A DNA stretch of 64,000 nt from Vicugna vicugna (GCA_013265495.1 MU058844.1:11616184-11680183); one strand, 5' to 3'; numbered from the stretch's first letter, positions 12,319 through 27,565 are shown. Program-made: numbers and translations. The notes: a model not told the origin generated them from the sequence alone.

Positions 12319-13235
12319 TGTTGGTTGATGTGAGATAATGAGAAACATATTTGGTCTCTGCCCCCAGTTCCTGATACTGAGCTTCTAAAACTTTTATAAT
12401 TTCTTGAGTGATGGGCATGCTAGGATCACCTTTTGCTCTAATATTTGGTCTTTGATTCCAGTTCCTAATACAGACCTTCCAAATCCCTTGGAATTTCCTG
12501 GGGGATAGGAGCATCTTTTGTTCTGATAAGGCAACACTTGGTTGGCTCCTGGACAGCCCAGCCCAGTCATCTTTTTTTTTTTTTTAACCACAATTTATAA
12601 CTCTTTGCACATTTACGTGCTGTAGTGAGTGAATGTATCACAGATAAAGCCCTCAGTATGCGACTGTGTAAGAGTAGATCATTTATTGATCTACCCCAGC
12701 ACATCTCCATCCTCTGGGAGGGAGAGGGCCGAAGATTGAGTTAATGTATCACGCCGACGTGATGAAGCCTTCAAAAAAAAAAAAAAAACCACCACAGATT
12801 ATGGGGTTCACAGAGCTTCCAGGCTGGTGAACACATGGAGGTGCTGGGAGGGTGGCACCCCAAGAGAGGGCTTGGATGTTCCAAGTCACTTCTCTATACC
12901 TTGCCCTAGGTTAACTCTTAACTGGCTGTATCCTTTGTCATATCTTTATAATAAACCAGTAAATAAAGTAAATGTTTCCCTGAGTTTTGTGAGCCATTCT
13001 AGCAAATTACTGAACCTGTGAAGGGGGACATGGGAACTGAAGGCCTGGATTTGCAATTAGCACCTAAATTGGGGGGCAGTGTAATGGGACTGAGTCCTTA
13101 ACTTTGTGAGATCTGATGCAAACTCCAAGTACACAGTGACAGCATTGAGCTAAACTGAATTAAAGGACATTCAGCTGTGTTGAAGAATTGTTTAGTGTGG
13201 GGGGAAAAACCCCAAACATTTGGTGTCAGAAGAAT
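12319..13235 (+). mobile_element. MER21-like LTR, interrupted at about 12560-12710
   Basis: atttggtctctgcccccagttcctga, aaatcccttggaatttcctg, gtttccctgagttttgtgagccattctagcaaatta, acatttggtgtcagaag. Confidence 0.8.
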
Positions 13236-14149
13236 TCAGTGAGTAGGTAGGATAGAATACAGAAATTTTTCTTGTAGTTGGAATGTGGTAAAAAAGAAAA
13301 AACAACAATCTAGATTTCTTGTGTAGTTTCTACTGTCAATAGAGGCATGAACAGAATTTTGGAAAGTAAAGAATTCATCAGCAGGACACACAACGTAATT
13401 TTAATTCTAAATTCTGTTTGTACACAGTACCATCATTTTTCTATATTATGAGAAACTTTTATGAGTTTACTATATCAAAGTTTACGTGTATAACTCTTGA
13501 CAAAACTGGCACTTCATGTAAATATAAGGTTTAAAGTCTTTCCACTGTCATTATTTTTAGTGTACACAGAATGCTATATATTTATCTGTGAAATATTTAT
13601 AGAGACTGCCATTAGTAGTGTGTGGGTTTTGGGTTAAGAGCAATCAATAACCTCTATGCACTGACATTTTCATTCCCTTTTCTTTTCTCTAGAAAACAAA
13701 TAATGACTATTTAGTTATTCTGTCGTGGAATCAGTCAGGGTAAGAGAAACAAAAGATAAAAAGCTCTTGTTCTTTATAAAAGAAAGCCCTAGGTAGATTT
13801 GGTTAAATGTGATGAATGATGTTAGCTTGAAATGAATTTATGCGGTCAGGCAGATTTTTATGTTTTAATGATATCTGAGGCAGATAAGAAACATCTACTT
13901 TTGTTTCTATTGTTACATGGGCTGATCACAAGAGATAAAATAATCTTATTGAAATTTATTTTGCTGAAACACACTACTGGGATGATGCTTATTATAGTCT
14001 TGCTAGTTTATTTCAAAGCCCATTTTCAAGACGCTGTAATATGGTTGATATATGTACAAGTTTATTTAAAGGTTTTCTATTAGCGATAAGCTGAGAATAT
14101 AACATATAACTCATATGAAAGCTAACTCTGGATTCATTACGGTCCATCT

Positions 14150-15350
14150 GGTGTCTGTTATATCTTATATTAATTAAAAAACCAGTATGCGTTCATTGTT
14201 GAAAACTTGCAAGTCCAGAAATATATAAAAGAGACAAAGTAATTCATCTGTAATTCTCCCTAGAGGTAGCCACCAGTAACATTTTGTGATTTCTGCCCAG
14301 TCATTTTCTGGAGGTACTACACATACATATGTAAATTTACCTGGTTGAGACCTTGCTGATTATGCCAGACTGTATATCTGCCGGTACCTTATTCATTTAT
14401 TTTGTATTATTTTATAATGATTTTTAATATCCTTAAAATTTCTTTGACATGATTATATATAAATTATTATATATTTTACCATTTATGTTTTTGGATATAT
14501 GAAATACTTTACGATTTTCTTATTGTTTTAAATAATACTGCAATGAATAGTTTGCACATAAATATTCAGGTTACATTTGCAATTATTTTCTTAGGATAAA
14601 TGCCTATAAAGAGAATTTGTGATTCACAAGATATGAACATTTGATACACAGCAGATACAATATAAAAATTAAAGAACACATCCCTTTATACTCCTGCCAG
14701 TCATCTGAGTACCAATCTTAGAAAACCTTGGATACTTTCAGGTATGTGGTTTCTGTCAGTAATTCAAACATTCTGAAATGTGAAATACTTGCTTACTATA
14801 GTTTTAATTAAACTGATCAAATTGAAAGTGAGACTACATTTTTTTCTATAGGTTTATTAGCTATATTTATACCCATAAGCTATGTCCTTTGCATAATTTT
14901 CCAACAGAGTTTAAATAACTTGTTTGTATTAGATTTTTACATATTAAAATTGTTTCATATATTTTCCCAATCTATTTCTTGGTTTTCACTTTTACTAATT
15001 ACATTTTTAATGAATAGGGTTCAAAAAGATCAATCTTTGGTCTTTTCTTCTACATTTTCTCCGAGGAAATTTTGCGCATATAATTTGATTTCTCCTCTGT
15101 TCTTTTTATATTCCACTGTTATGATAAAGTAAGAAACTATTTTTCTTAACAAACAGCTAGTGAATTTCATAGAGATCATTTACCGATAACTATTCTTTTC
15201 TGTTTATTATTATGGTTCACTTTAAGTCTTAATATACACTATTTTTTAAATGATCATCAGATGTGCTCCACTGACCTACTTTGTTTTGCAGTGATACCGA
15301 AAACTGTTCTATTACAGTGAGGTTCAGGATTTTTTTTATTTTTAAGACTA
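14150..15350 (-). mobile_element. Degenerate old L1 (L1ME-like) fragments
   Basis: T-rich antisense L1 3' motifs (aattattttcttaggataaatgcct, ggtttattagctatattt). Confidence 0.5.
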
Positions 15351-18300
15351 AAGACTACAACTTAAAAAATATATTTAAATAAAATTCAAGCCTTTGAAAA
15401 AAACTTCTCAAAATTACAGTAATTAGCTATTATTCTAAAAATTATTACCATGCATAGCTTTATTCACTGATTAGTGCATGAAACATTTATTGAATGGTAT
15501 CATTATGGCAGATACTGAGAATACAGAAATCAGTAAGATATTGTAGAGATGTAAATTTTGCTCTAATGTAGAAAATGTGGAATTCTCACTTTTGGAAATT
15601 CACACTTATTTTTCAATATCTGAACACTCAGTTATAGGCATTTTACTTAATCAACTATTATTACTAATATATTACTAATAACTACTATTACTCAGATAAA
15701 TTCTCTCTCCTCTTAAAAATTCCCTTTATCACTTGAAATACTTTTGGCATTGGCTATTTCTTTCAGAAGAACAGAAGCCTCCAAGTTACTATAATTCCAA
15801 GGTTCAGTGAAAAGAGAAACGTTAGTGGAAGTAAAAGAACTTAGATAAAACCCAACAATTTAGCTACAGACCTAGCCACAAACAAGGTTGAAAACAGAAA
15901 TCTGTTTTGTATTATCTTGCTTGAAATAGCACACCTTCAAGTAATAAGAATTCAATAAGATATTTTTAAGACAGAAATACTATTAACAATGAAGAAATAT
16001 TTTTGCTCTGAGATACATAAGATATGTTACATAAAAACACTCCTGATTCTTCCATCTGAAAACGTTCAGAACGCTGCCTTGGAAAAGAACATTCCTTTAA
16101 AAGCCACTCCAGTGAGTGAGCATCTTTAAGAAGGGGTAAAAGATAGTTCAGAATTAGAGAGACGTTTGCCAGGAAATTCACATCCCAGCACTGAAGGACA
16201 ACAGATGGCAGCAGTAACAATGAAAACTTGCAGCAGATCTGCCTGGCTCACTTTCAAAATGGCCATTTTTATTTCCCATCACAAACAGCCAACCGCTGTC
16301 TCCTTGTGTCGAATGCATGGATATAGAAGAACAAAAAGTACAAGAATGACAGGAATTGCCTTGACAGGAAAAGGACCTTAAAAGCAAGGCTGTGGCGACA
16401 ACATGACCCTGACAGGTGTCTCCATCTCCTGAGAGTTCCCAGGCACCAACTCATCGCTGATGCTTTTCTTAAACCATGTCCAGGTCTGAAACATTACCAG
16501 CTGCTTCTAGCCTACTCTCTCACTTCCTACACCCTGGTCTCTGTGTTTCTGAGCCCTGCTTAGTAACTTCTATTTGATGTCTGTTTCCTTTCGGATGAAG
16601 ATTTCAGTCCATAGATTCTTGTTGCTAACCCTGGATCATAAAATACGAGCAGATTTATCTTTCGTTCCACCCAGCAGGAATGGAGGATTCAGAAAAGGTG
16701 ACGCTTAAAAGATGAGACAGTGGTTGGTAAACAGACCATCTCTCACCTCAGGCAGGCAAAGGGAAGTTGGGGCAGACTCAAAGAGGAGTCAGAGCAGAAC
16801 AGGAGCAAGAGCAAGGTCACTGAGTCCCAGCACAGTTGGGAGTTAGTGGATTTACAGGAGTTCAAAAGGCTCAGAACATAAACAGGAGAAAAAATGTGAT
16901 ACTCCGTAACAAAAAAGGATTTTAGCAAATAGGTCAGTCTTTCATCTCAAGTAGAGAGCATTTATATCACTTGAGCAGAAGTCAATTTCCCAGGACGTGG
17001 TGAGGGCAACTAGAAAGGTCTGACTGACAGAATGATGTGAAGATGTGGAGAAAAGCAAGTCCTTTCCAGGTAGTCTGGGATGCAGGTTATGATGTTACTC
17101 CTGGCTCCTCTCAAGAGAGGAGAACTAGATTTTAGTCTATGAGCTTGGAGGAACTCAGATAAGTGGTTGGGGTGTGTCTATGTGGTGCTGATTCATGAGA
17201 CTGATCTTGAGAATTGTATTTCTCTTTTCTACATAGTGGATTTAATACTGTCTTGTCTGAGCTTCAGTAATAAGATAGATACATGGAATACTCTTCTCAG
17301 GGCAGTATGAGTTAAAATGTTAGGATCAGAAAATGAATTTTTTCAGTAGTGTTTAAACCAAATCTACTGCATTTCCAATATTCCATCTGAGTTACTTCTA
17401 GGACTGTCAGAATCCTCCATAGCAAGTATCTTTCTATAGCTCCAAAGGAGCATGGCTTTGAAAGCAGAGTGTGGTCTGGAGTTTAGCTCCACAGTCACTC
17501 AGCTGTGTGTATTTGGATAGCATACAACCGATGTAATCATATATGACCATCCTGAATACTGTCATGGAACACTTGCCCAAGACAAAAACCTGGATTTCTC
17601 CATCTTGATAACCTCAACCTATATCCAGTTGGTCACCAAGCTCAATCTGATCTATACTCTCTCCATTTACATCTCTTCACCCTCATGGTCATTGTCTTAA
17701 TTAAAGATTTCATCACTTCCCAGGAGACTAGTACTGCTATCTGCTAATTATTATCTCTGCCTCTGTCTGGGATTCCAACGTATCCTCCAAAAGGCCAGAA
17801 TAAATTACCAAGAACTTAGCGTGATACAAAGACTCTTCAAGGTCTGATCTTTGTGTTTAGCCTCATTTCCCACTGCTTCTCTACATACAGCCATGTGGGG
17901 TACCTTGAACTTTAGAAAGTGTTCTCTCAATGTCATGAATTCATGCATTCTTTAGTGTATTTCTCTATACATATATTCTTCCCAGACTGTTATGAATGAA
18001 TGTCTTCCGTTAAACTATATCCCTTCTCAAAAATCTTTTCACTCAAGGTTCTTAAATAACCTTCCTCTACATTCTGTGAGTATCCAATTCAAATACTTAT
18101 AATGCTCATTATCACACTTCTGTCACCAAACCCATATTGCTTATTTCATTTACCTTTGTTTTCCACTGGAATGTGATCTCCTTGAAGGTAGTTATGGACA
18201 GATTTCTGGTTACATGTATAATAAATTTTGTAAATATGTACAAATATCATAGGTTACAATACCAATAGATTTAAACAAGATTGGGGGACTTCATTCTCAG

Positions 18301-19008
18301 AAAGCTAAAAAAATTACAAGCCCTCAGTCTCTCTGTGTCTTTTAGACAATACTTCTGAAAAATAAAATGCAGCAACTTGGTTAAATTTTTTCCTTTTCAT
18401 ACGTTAACACATAAAAGACTGGTTTGAGTCCAGGAAGAAGGCACATGAGGCAAAAGATGCAGATTCTGGCATTCCTAAGCCAAGTCTTTCCACTAATTTC
18501 TTTTTTTAAACAATACTTACTCCCTAGGTGATCTCATTCAGTCTCATTACGACACATCTCAATTTCTTCGCTTCAGCCCTATGTGAAGTAGCTAGGTTTT
18601 ACTGAGGGGCCCAAATATATGAAAGAAGTCTCCTAGAGTCATTGCTTGTCCCACTCTACGAAAGTCAAGTGGGAATAAGACTAAGGGAACCACAAACAGA
18701 ACTCTCCCATCTGTGCCGGCCCTGGGGCCAGGGCTCTTTGAGTGGAGGAGCGAACTGAGAACATCAGGAACCCTTCAGTTGTGTTTACAAACATGTGCAT
18801 TCATATTTTCTTTTATCCATACTCTTCCTGTATTACTTGAGTTTGAATCGACTGAGGAAGTTTATAGAAGTCACTTTCAGTAACTAGAATATCTTCCTCT
18901 GAAGCCTCCTGAACTTGCAAGGCTCTCTGGGACTGAAGTATTGACAGAGTAGATGCACAGTATGAAACACAACAATTATGTATGTATCATATCAAGAAAC
19001 ACTTGTAA

Positions 19009-19141
19009 GGAGGGGAGGGTATAGCTCAAGTGGTAGAGTGCATGCGGAGCATGCATGAGGTCCTGGGTTCAGTCCCCAGGACCTCCTCCAGAAATAAATA
19101 AATAAATAAACCTAATTATCTTCCCCCACCACAGAAAAAAA
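19009..19141 (+). mobile_element. vic-1-like camelid tRNA-derived SINE, full length
   Basis: ggggagggtatagctcaagtggtagag (A box), gggttcagtccc (B box), (TAAA)n and A tail. TSD aaacacttgtaa at 18997-19008 and 19142-19153. Confidence 0.9.
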
Positions 19142-22100
19142 AAACACTTGTAAAATATATTTCATGTGCAAGACATTGTACGTGTTATATGCTTCTGATT
19201 TATAATCTGGTAATTACAAAAAAATACTTTTTGTTTACTCTTCATCATATCCTTGGGGGATTTCTAAAAACAATAATGAAAATAGTACACATTTATAATT
19301 GTATATTTACAAAGTGTTATAATTATGACCTTGAAGGATCAGACGTTTTAGGATGTTAACAGTGACATGATAGGGTTAATGTCATCCTCAAAGTTTAAAT
19401 ATGTAATTTCCAGTCGTCTCAGTAATTGTTGGTACTTTTTCAAATACAGTTTCTTGATTTGGGGAATTTCCTTCTTCTCATTAAAATGCTATATACTATT
19501 ACATTCATTGAATCACTTCAATGAAAAATAAACAGCCCATTACTTAACAACCTGGACATAATGTTATACATTTGAAGTTCATATTTTCCAGATTGCTTCA
19601 GGGATAAAGGACAAGCAGACTGCCTCGCTGCATTAGAAGAAAATTCCCACCTGGCTCAAGACTTCACCAACATTTATCTTCACAATGTTTTTAGATAGAT
19701 ACTCTTAAATGAATGGACATAGCATGAACATCTGATCTTCCAATTGCATTTAAAATTGGTTTAGAATTTCTCCTTAACATATAGATAGAAATAAAATAAA
19801 ACAATTGTTATTATTTTTAAGATTTGTCTCAGGAAACAACCGTCTTTTGAATATGCTCTGGAATAAATATATCTCCTTTTCTAAAGGAAAGATAATTTGG
19901 GGTAGGAAATAATGTTTACTGGGAAAGAAGAAGCTTATCTATTTTCCTGCTCAGTGCTCCGCTGCTTTTTGTTTTGTTTTGTTAATCCCTAGAGCCCCTG
20001 TGTTCTGCCAAACTGACACAGAGAACTTACGGCCTCCAGTCCGTACAGCTTTCACAGTGCTCTGCAAATCTTCATACCATAGTGGTGGGTGTTTTATTTC
20101 TAAACATTATATTTGGATTTATTGTATTACTTCCATCACACCTTCATATACCATGAGATTTAAGAGTACTTCCAACTTCTTAATCAAAACATAAAATGCC
20201 TCCTCTGTTCTTTTATTCCATTCTTGGTTTACTGAACACTTTCTATATTCCAGGCTTCATACTAACTGCTGTTATAAAATAATAAAAAAAATTAGACTGT
20301 GTTCTCAATAAGCAGATAGAATGCATAGAAAAGATAGATGGGTACATATCTGTAACTGAGAACCTGAATTTTAGCTTATTTTTAGTCAAACAACAGAAAA
20401 CTAAGAATGCATTATGTTAAACCTACCCCTGAATGTGTTTGTTCCCACAACAGGCAGTCATAGATTTAGCCACAGAAACATGAAAATGCTATTCAATGAA
20501 TCATACTTATTGTTTATGAAATAATTTCTACTTTCATTTATTCATTCATCCTCCAAGGATTTTCTAGGTGCTTACTCAGTCTAGAAAGATGAAAGGAGCA
20601 AAATCCAGGCCCCTGGGGTTTGACCAAATGGAAATTAACTGTGGGAAGTAGACATGACTTGACAAGTTTCTCTGGGGATTTGACCAACCAACCAGCTAAT
20701 ACTTAATCAGTATATGAAAGCCAAATATATATCTTACTCTGTGCTATGTAACAGGAAGAAACAAAATGTCTGCTCTCCCTACAATGGTTTAAGGCCCAAG
20801 TGAAAATGGATGAAACAACTGGGAAAATAATAAATACTTTCAAAGGGTGAAATGAGTTTTCTCTAGCATTAGAAAAATATTACGATACCAAGCATGAGCA
20901 CATGCGTAAAGATGTATTATTTTATACACTATAACAGTCCCTCAGTATAAGCCAACTATTTCATATAGGATTGACCTCTCCATGCCTCCCTGATGTCCAA
21001 TTTACACAGGTACTGATTTGCAGTGTTACTTAAAATAGCCTTGAAGATGAATGTGAACTTTCGACAAATTCAAGAAATTTGGCAAAAATCCAGGCAATTT
21101 GGAATCTGTGCCCTGCTTTATTATATCCCCAGTGTTTTGTATATATTAGGTTTGGATATTTGCTGGAATAATAATGAATGAATGTTGCAGGCTGAAAAAT
21201 ATTAAGAAAATTAAATTACCATTTTCTTTCTTACCTTATGACTGCTCTTTAACTTAGAATAAGGAAGTGGTATTTTGAGAACGGACTAAGCAAAATATTG
21301 ATTCTTTGTATTTTGTCCAGGTTTTAAAAGGAAAACTCAAAAAGGAAGAAAAGGAGGAATAATAAGAAATACAGCCAATGAGCAGATGAATGACTTGCAA
21401 GACTCTAATTAAAATTAAACACTGTTTTCACTTAACATTTCGAGTTAAGTTTTCATCTGTTGAACCTGCTAAGTGATGGGGACTATCATAGGATCATCTC
21501 TGAATTACTAATTTTAAACAATTTAAAAGCTATCAAAATTAATCAGAGAACAATGCATTTTAACAAGAAAGGGCCAAAAATGCATCTCCAAAGAACCTAT
21601 AGGAATCTTCTTCTAAAGCTAACATTGTTTACAAATTAAGGTTAAAACTTCAGATGAACTTTTATATATCAAAACATCAATAAGGATCATTGGGTGTTAT
21701 TTCTATGATCTGTAACACTTCAAGCACATTTCTCAGGAAGGCGCTCTTTAATTAGCTAGGTTAGTAATCTGTTGTATTTCAAAAGGCATCTTAAAATGTA
21801 AACTGCACACTTCAATTATATTATGTCATTTTACAATATAATAGCCACTTGAGTAAAAAGCTAAATTAGTATTTCTTTGGATATGTTCACAGTCACACAC
21901 ACCTCCACACAAAACACAGAACCAGCTCTGACACTTGCCAAGATACCATTTATCTTTCACTCTTATTGTTAGAGTTTGGAAGTGAAAGGATGGATCCCAT
22001 GAAGAGACATTTTCACATCTTTTTAACTTTCATCTCTGAAATCAATGAGTTTTAGAAATGTGAAAGCAATTATTAAAGAATCTTCTTTATCACTTTAAAG

Positions 22101-25100
22101 ATACGTCATAAAGACAGTGATCAGGGGTATCAACCACAGCAGTTTTTGTTTTGGACAAAATTTAAAAACATATGTAGTGGTAATTTTAAGAAGAACTATA
22201 AAAGAAGTGCCCAGGGTTACTATGTAATAAAGTTCACAACAGACTGACAACAAACCTCTATTTAATGTCAATAGTGTCAAGATCATTGGGAAAATATTCC
22301 AGAAAGCTCACTCATCATATACTTTATATTAATCTAACAGTTAGAGATCACTGAAGGCACAGTTCCTGCGGTGAGATCTAACAGGCATCTTCAGGCAACG
22401 CGGTTACCGTTAGTAGCAGAATGTTAAAATTCAGATAAGCTTAAATTAGAATCTTGGATAAATTTCTTAACACCTTCGAATTTTCCATTGCTTAATATTA
22501 TACTGTCCACATTTATTTGCGGTACTGAAACTAAAGACATATGGATGTAGGAACACTTGCAATTGAATTCAACTTCCAAAATATTTTTTGGAGGGACCGG
22601 TGTATACAGTACAGTAGTCACTGCTTGATATGGAGACCATGGAGATCCAAGATAAGGAAACATCTAGATAATGATTCTGATTTTGCAAAAAGGTGATAGA
22701 GCTGAATTCATAAAATAAGTAAACAAAATCACATAAAAGTCAAGCAGTGCAAAGCAGAAGGTAAAGAACTTAAACCAGAGTTTGAGAGATGGGTAATTTT
22801 CAATAGATATTGAAGATAGAGCAGAGGCGCAGAGAGACTGAAGATCCTGGCCAGGCAGGAAATCAAGGCCAAAGCTAAAGAAGAATGGAAGGTGAAGGTT
22901 AGATAGATACACTGAAGCAACTGGGATCTGAAATTATTTTTTATTAAATGAGCTAGACTGAATGGCTATGCAAGTTTTGCCAAGTAGGATGGACACACAT
23001 ACTGGTGACCACATGTACCAAACTACATATAGCGAGGAAGGAGACGGGAACCAGCTTCCTATAAAACGAGTATCTCTCCTCATAACTCGAGTCCTAATTT
23101 GCACTCTTGAGCCTATCACTAACTGTGCATTCAAAGAGGATTAAAATTTCAAAAGCCATTCACCATGCTAAACCTAAAAACCATTATCTAAGCTTATAAA
23201 ACAACTGAGATGAAGCTTATTTCATCTTAAAAATAAGCGAAGGAAACTAGAGAAAGGAAACCTTTGGAAAACCAAATGTAGTATATCTTTGAAAAGGCTA
23301 AGTACTCTGGATATTTATAGCTTATTTTTTGACAAATCAGCAACGCCAGTATGACTGTTTAACCAAGGCCAAGTGCCTTGGTTCTTTTAATATGCTAAAT
23401 AAAATTGGAGTTTGTCAGCTATGCTAACATGTTCAGCTGAATATTTTACTAATAACTGTGGCCTCCCCATATGGTTTAGCATTTATCTCTTTCCAATATA
23501 TTACCCCTATATTAGCTTAATCTGTCCACCTGAATTAAACCTCAGAGGGAAGAAATCTGAGCTTATAAACAGGCTGAACTCTGTAAGGGTTTTTGGGGGG
23601 AGGGGTGGGGGAAGGAAGTGGTAGTGGAAGAAGAATAAGCTAGTTGACCAAATCACAAATTTAAATGACCAGATCTGCCATATTTGCAAAGAGAGTGCAA
23701 CGCACAAACATGCCTATCATGCTGATCTCAAAATGTATGAGGAATAGAATGCATTCATAATCTCAGGTTCTAAGAGATCAAAGCACAGTTCCTAATTATG
23801 AACTACACAGTTTCTTATGAAAGGTCAAAAGCTAAAACACTTAATCCAAATGCCAGTAAGAGAAGCTGTTTGGGGGTTATAAGATAAATGTTTTCTTGGA
23901 GCCCATCTTTGCTAGTACAGCATGTCTGTCTTGGGTTCCACCATGTGGTGATCTGGGACACACAGCCATCTTCCAGCTCATGGGCTCAGATTCTGGGGAG
24001 CCATCCCACCTTCAAATCCTCCAGGGACCCCTGTAAAGCAAGCAGTTGCTGCCTAGGAGAAGCAAGATGTAGAGAGTTGCAGAGTTTGCAAGGGCAGTCG
24101 CATCTATGCAGAGTTCTGGATAAGAGGGCTTATTTTATTGCTTCCTGACTTTCTCTTTGAGAGGAGAACAAAAAGAGAAAGAAATGGGATGAAGAACTTT
24201 TGATTTTCTCTTCTAGAGAGGACACTGAGCATCGCCTGTAGTTTTGCTTGACAGTGCATTTCACACACAGCGCTGAACTTTAAAATAAAAATTGCAAAGG
24301 TAATTTGATCACTGGGTCTCCCCTCTTTGTTTGCCTAGTTGAGATAATATTGTTTGCAGTGATAATCCATTCACACATTCTATAATAATAGTATTTTATT
24401 CTTTGCTGGAAAGATTTTTGGAGATATGAGACAGTGTTTGAATGAATTTTATATTTTATCCCATCATATTTTGTTTATAATATGCTATATATATATAGAT
24501 TTATTTTTCTTCATAAGCATCTCAGAATCACTGATTGATTTTAATGTATTTTATATATAACATGAATGGTATGGCTGTAAAAATAAAGATCATTGCTAAG
24601 TATCAACAAAAGAAGTCTTATATGTTAAGTGAGTAAGCAGCATATAAAACTAAATGAATCTTACATGTTAGCAAGTAGGTAAATACAAATATGCATATGA
24701 AAAAAGACTGGAAAAGAAAAATGGTAACATCAACTGTGTTTAGACAAGAGGTGGGAATTTTTTTGTTTAGCAAAAGCTTCCTAGGATGCTATATTGCTTC
24801 TTCAGTAAAAAATAATTGTTCATATTAATCATGTTGATCTATAAGTGAATGTTCAAATTAATCTTCTATTAGGAGTTCATATGCAAAACTAGGGCAAATA
24901 CATCCTTAATTAAATATAAAGTCTATGACTACAAAAATAATTAGCTGGCTATTTTAATTCTAAAACAGTCTTTGCATAATGTATAGGGAAAACATTTAAA
25001 AGAGGACAATTCAGTTTAGAGGCTACATTTTATAAATTATTCTTTCTAGAAGTAGACAAGAAAGTGAGACCTAATACTTAATGATAAATCCACTTGACCA

Positions 25101-27159
25101 TTGCTAGATTATTTTACCACCCACCAACACTGCTGTCATTAAATTAAAAAAAAAGAAGTAAAACAATATAAAACTGCACTTTAAATCCTATCCAGGTCAC
25201 AACTCCATCTTCTAAATACCCATTTCTTGGCTGTGAATTCCAATTTGGGGCAGGGAGGTTACATTGATAACGTAGATTCTTTGGATTCCTTCTGAATATA
25301 ACAAATAACTTCCAAACTCATCTGCACAATACAAGACAGAATACACATGTGGATACCAGTACAAACTTTAATCCTCCCTGAGGCTGTTGATTTTCAGTTG
25401 AAAGTCTGATTTCCAGAATTAGATCATAGATGTCAAGGTCTGTTACAAAATCAGCTCTCACAGAAGATTTATGTATTTTGGCAGCTTAGCAAAGAAATCC
25501 TCGATTTCACTGAGATCAACAGAACCATTTTTAGAAAATCACTGCCAGACCTGAAGCTAATTTCCTTTAATTCTGTAACATCTGTAAGCCTCATATGGGA
25601 GTCTGGGTTTTAATTAGCCCTGCAGTTGAACAAATGGCCAGCAATGCTTAGAAAAAATAAATACTGAAAACCATTTCACAGGAAAACCACAGGATAGTAT
25701 AAAAGAGCAATCTGGGTTACAGGCCCTAGAATACATATTGTCCCACTGACAACTGTTAAGACTTCATAGGCAGTTAATTCAAAAATAGGAAAAAGTGTTA
25801 ATGTCATAAAGGGAATCTTCTTCATTAAAAAGGATTTAATTATTTTCACTAATATGAAAGATGGCCAATGAAACCATGATAACCCCAACCCACAGATAGA
25901 TCCCAATGGAAATCATACCTCAACAGAAAGAAGGGACAGTACAGAACGAAACGCAAAGTGAATCTGGACCACAAGGAGGCTGACAGTAATAAATATACCT
26001 TTCCAAGTTTTTAATTCTAGCCAACTTTCAAGAGTTACTTCATTTATTTCTTCAAGCTAAATGGAAGAGTCCTCCAGCAATGTTCCATCCCCCCCAATTT
26101 TTTCATTACCATATGACTTCTTATTAAGCATAAGAGCTTAAGTATTAACACTGTCCAAATAGCCTTTCATAGGTTCAATGTGATAAAAATATTGGTAGCA
26201 GTAAATACGCACAGGGCACAGCCATAGTCTTGCAAGGAACTAGAAGTGAGCATTTGGGCGCAAAGAACCTAAAAATAATCGTTATTACTCAAAGTGCTGC
26301 ATGCATTTTACAACTGAATTTAATCTCACTTGCATTTTTTCATAGAATTGGCTAATACGACACATCCTAGGCATTCCTGTTGTCAAAAGAAATTTTAACA
26401 CATGTACATAAAAAAATATGCTACAGGAAAAGACTTCAAGAAAAACAAAGGTAAATAAAGCTAAAGTTAATGTTTTCTCTTTGCAATTTTGTTAACAATA
26501 TTACTATTACCAGTTCAATATTTCAAATAAGTCAGGAGCTATCTCATCATTTTGCAAGCACAATCTCATTTAAGCTTCTCAACAATCCTAGAAGGTAAAT
26601 GGTATTGTTACCATTTTGCAGAGGACAGGTTTAGGGAAGTGAAGTTAATTTGCCCAAATTGAACGAGTTACAAAGTTTGAGTGGTAAACCCATATCTTGA
26701 ACTCCTGAGTTTATGTGTCTAATTTCTATGCCATATTGTCTCTCTGATAAATTCACAAAACTCAGAACCTACTTTCTGAGTGAGTCTAGGTCAGTTAATT
26801 GTGGATCACCAATCCACACTTCTATCAGGATGCATTTTACTTTGAGCTTGGATTTTTGTCACTTGGGAACAAGCTACTCTATTTCTTAGAGTTAAATCCT
26901 TCACTTCCTTTTGCCAAAATGTAGGTGTTTCCAAATGATCTGTTCTTGGCTCTGTTCAAAATCTCCAGCCCTGACCTTTTCCCTAAGTGCCAGTTTTCCA
27001 TTTCAAACTGCCTGTCTGACATCTGCTCCTGGATGTTCAGCCCACACAAAATATGTTTCTTACTGAATTCATTTTTGTCCTTCTCAAATCCATCCTTTCT
27101 ACTAGACCTTTTATTTCTACTCATCCTTTCCACAATCGCTTAGGAGGACAGAAACTAGT

Positions 27160-27565
27160 AGTTTGAATTACCCCACCAGTAAATGGTATTACTGTTCATG
27201 AATATTTTATCTCCCTTCTATTTTTGTAGCTCATACATGTCTATCTCACTGACTTTGACTTTGGCCATGATATGTTCTTTGGTCAATGGAATTTCAGTAG
27301 ATATGACATGTACCACATCCTTTAAGTAGTACAAGTTTCTACTGGCTTTCTCGTTCTTCCTTTCTCTCTTAAGCAAAGGTATCCCAAATAGGGGCTACCC
27401 CTTCAGCCTGGGTTTAGGAATGAGAAAAAAAAAAAAAAGCCAAGCCAAGCCAAGCCACAGTAGTCAAGCCACAGCTGTGGCATGTTTTGTACACAGGGAA
27501 TAAATACTGGTTATTGTAAGCCACTGGTATTAGGAGATTATTTCTTATAATGGCAAATACACATT
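27160..27565 (+). mobile_element. MLT1-type LTR inserted in an L2 fragment
   Basis: gactttggccatgatatgttctttggtcaatggaat, gctaccccttcagcctggg, ttgtaagccactg. Flanked by L2-like sequence at about 26920-27160 and 27570-27810. Confidence 0.65.

Noticed and set aside
12572..12714. H/ACA or C/D snoRNA retrocopy
   Set aside because: Hairpin and A tail are present, but there are no correctly placed H/ACA or C/D boxes and no TSD; local copies explain it better.
19009..19090. tRNA gene
   Set aside because: A and B boxes are present, but it continues into a SINE tail with TSDs and recurs at 50.4 kb and 59.2 kb, so it is a tRNA-derived SINE.
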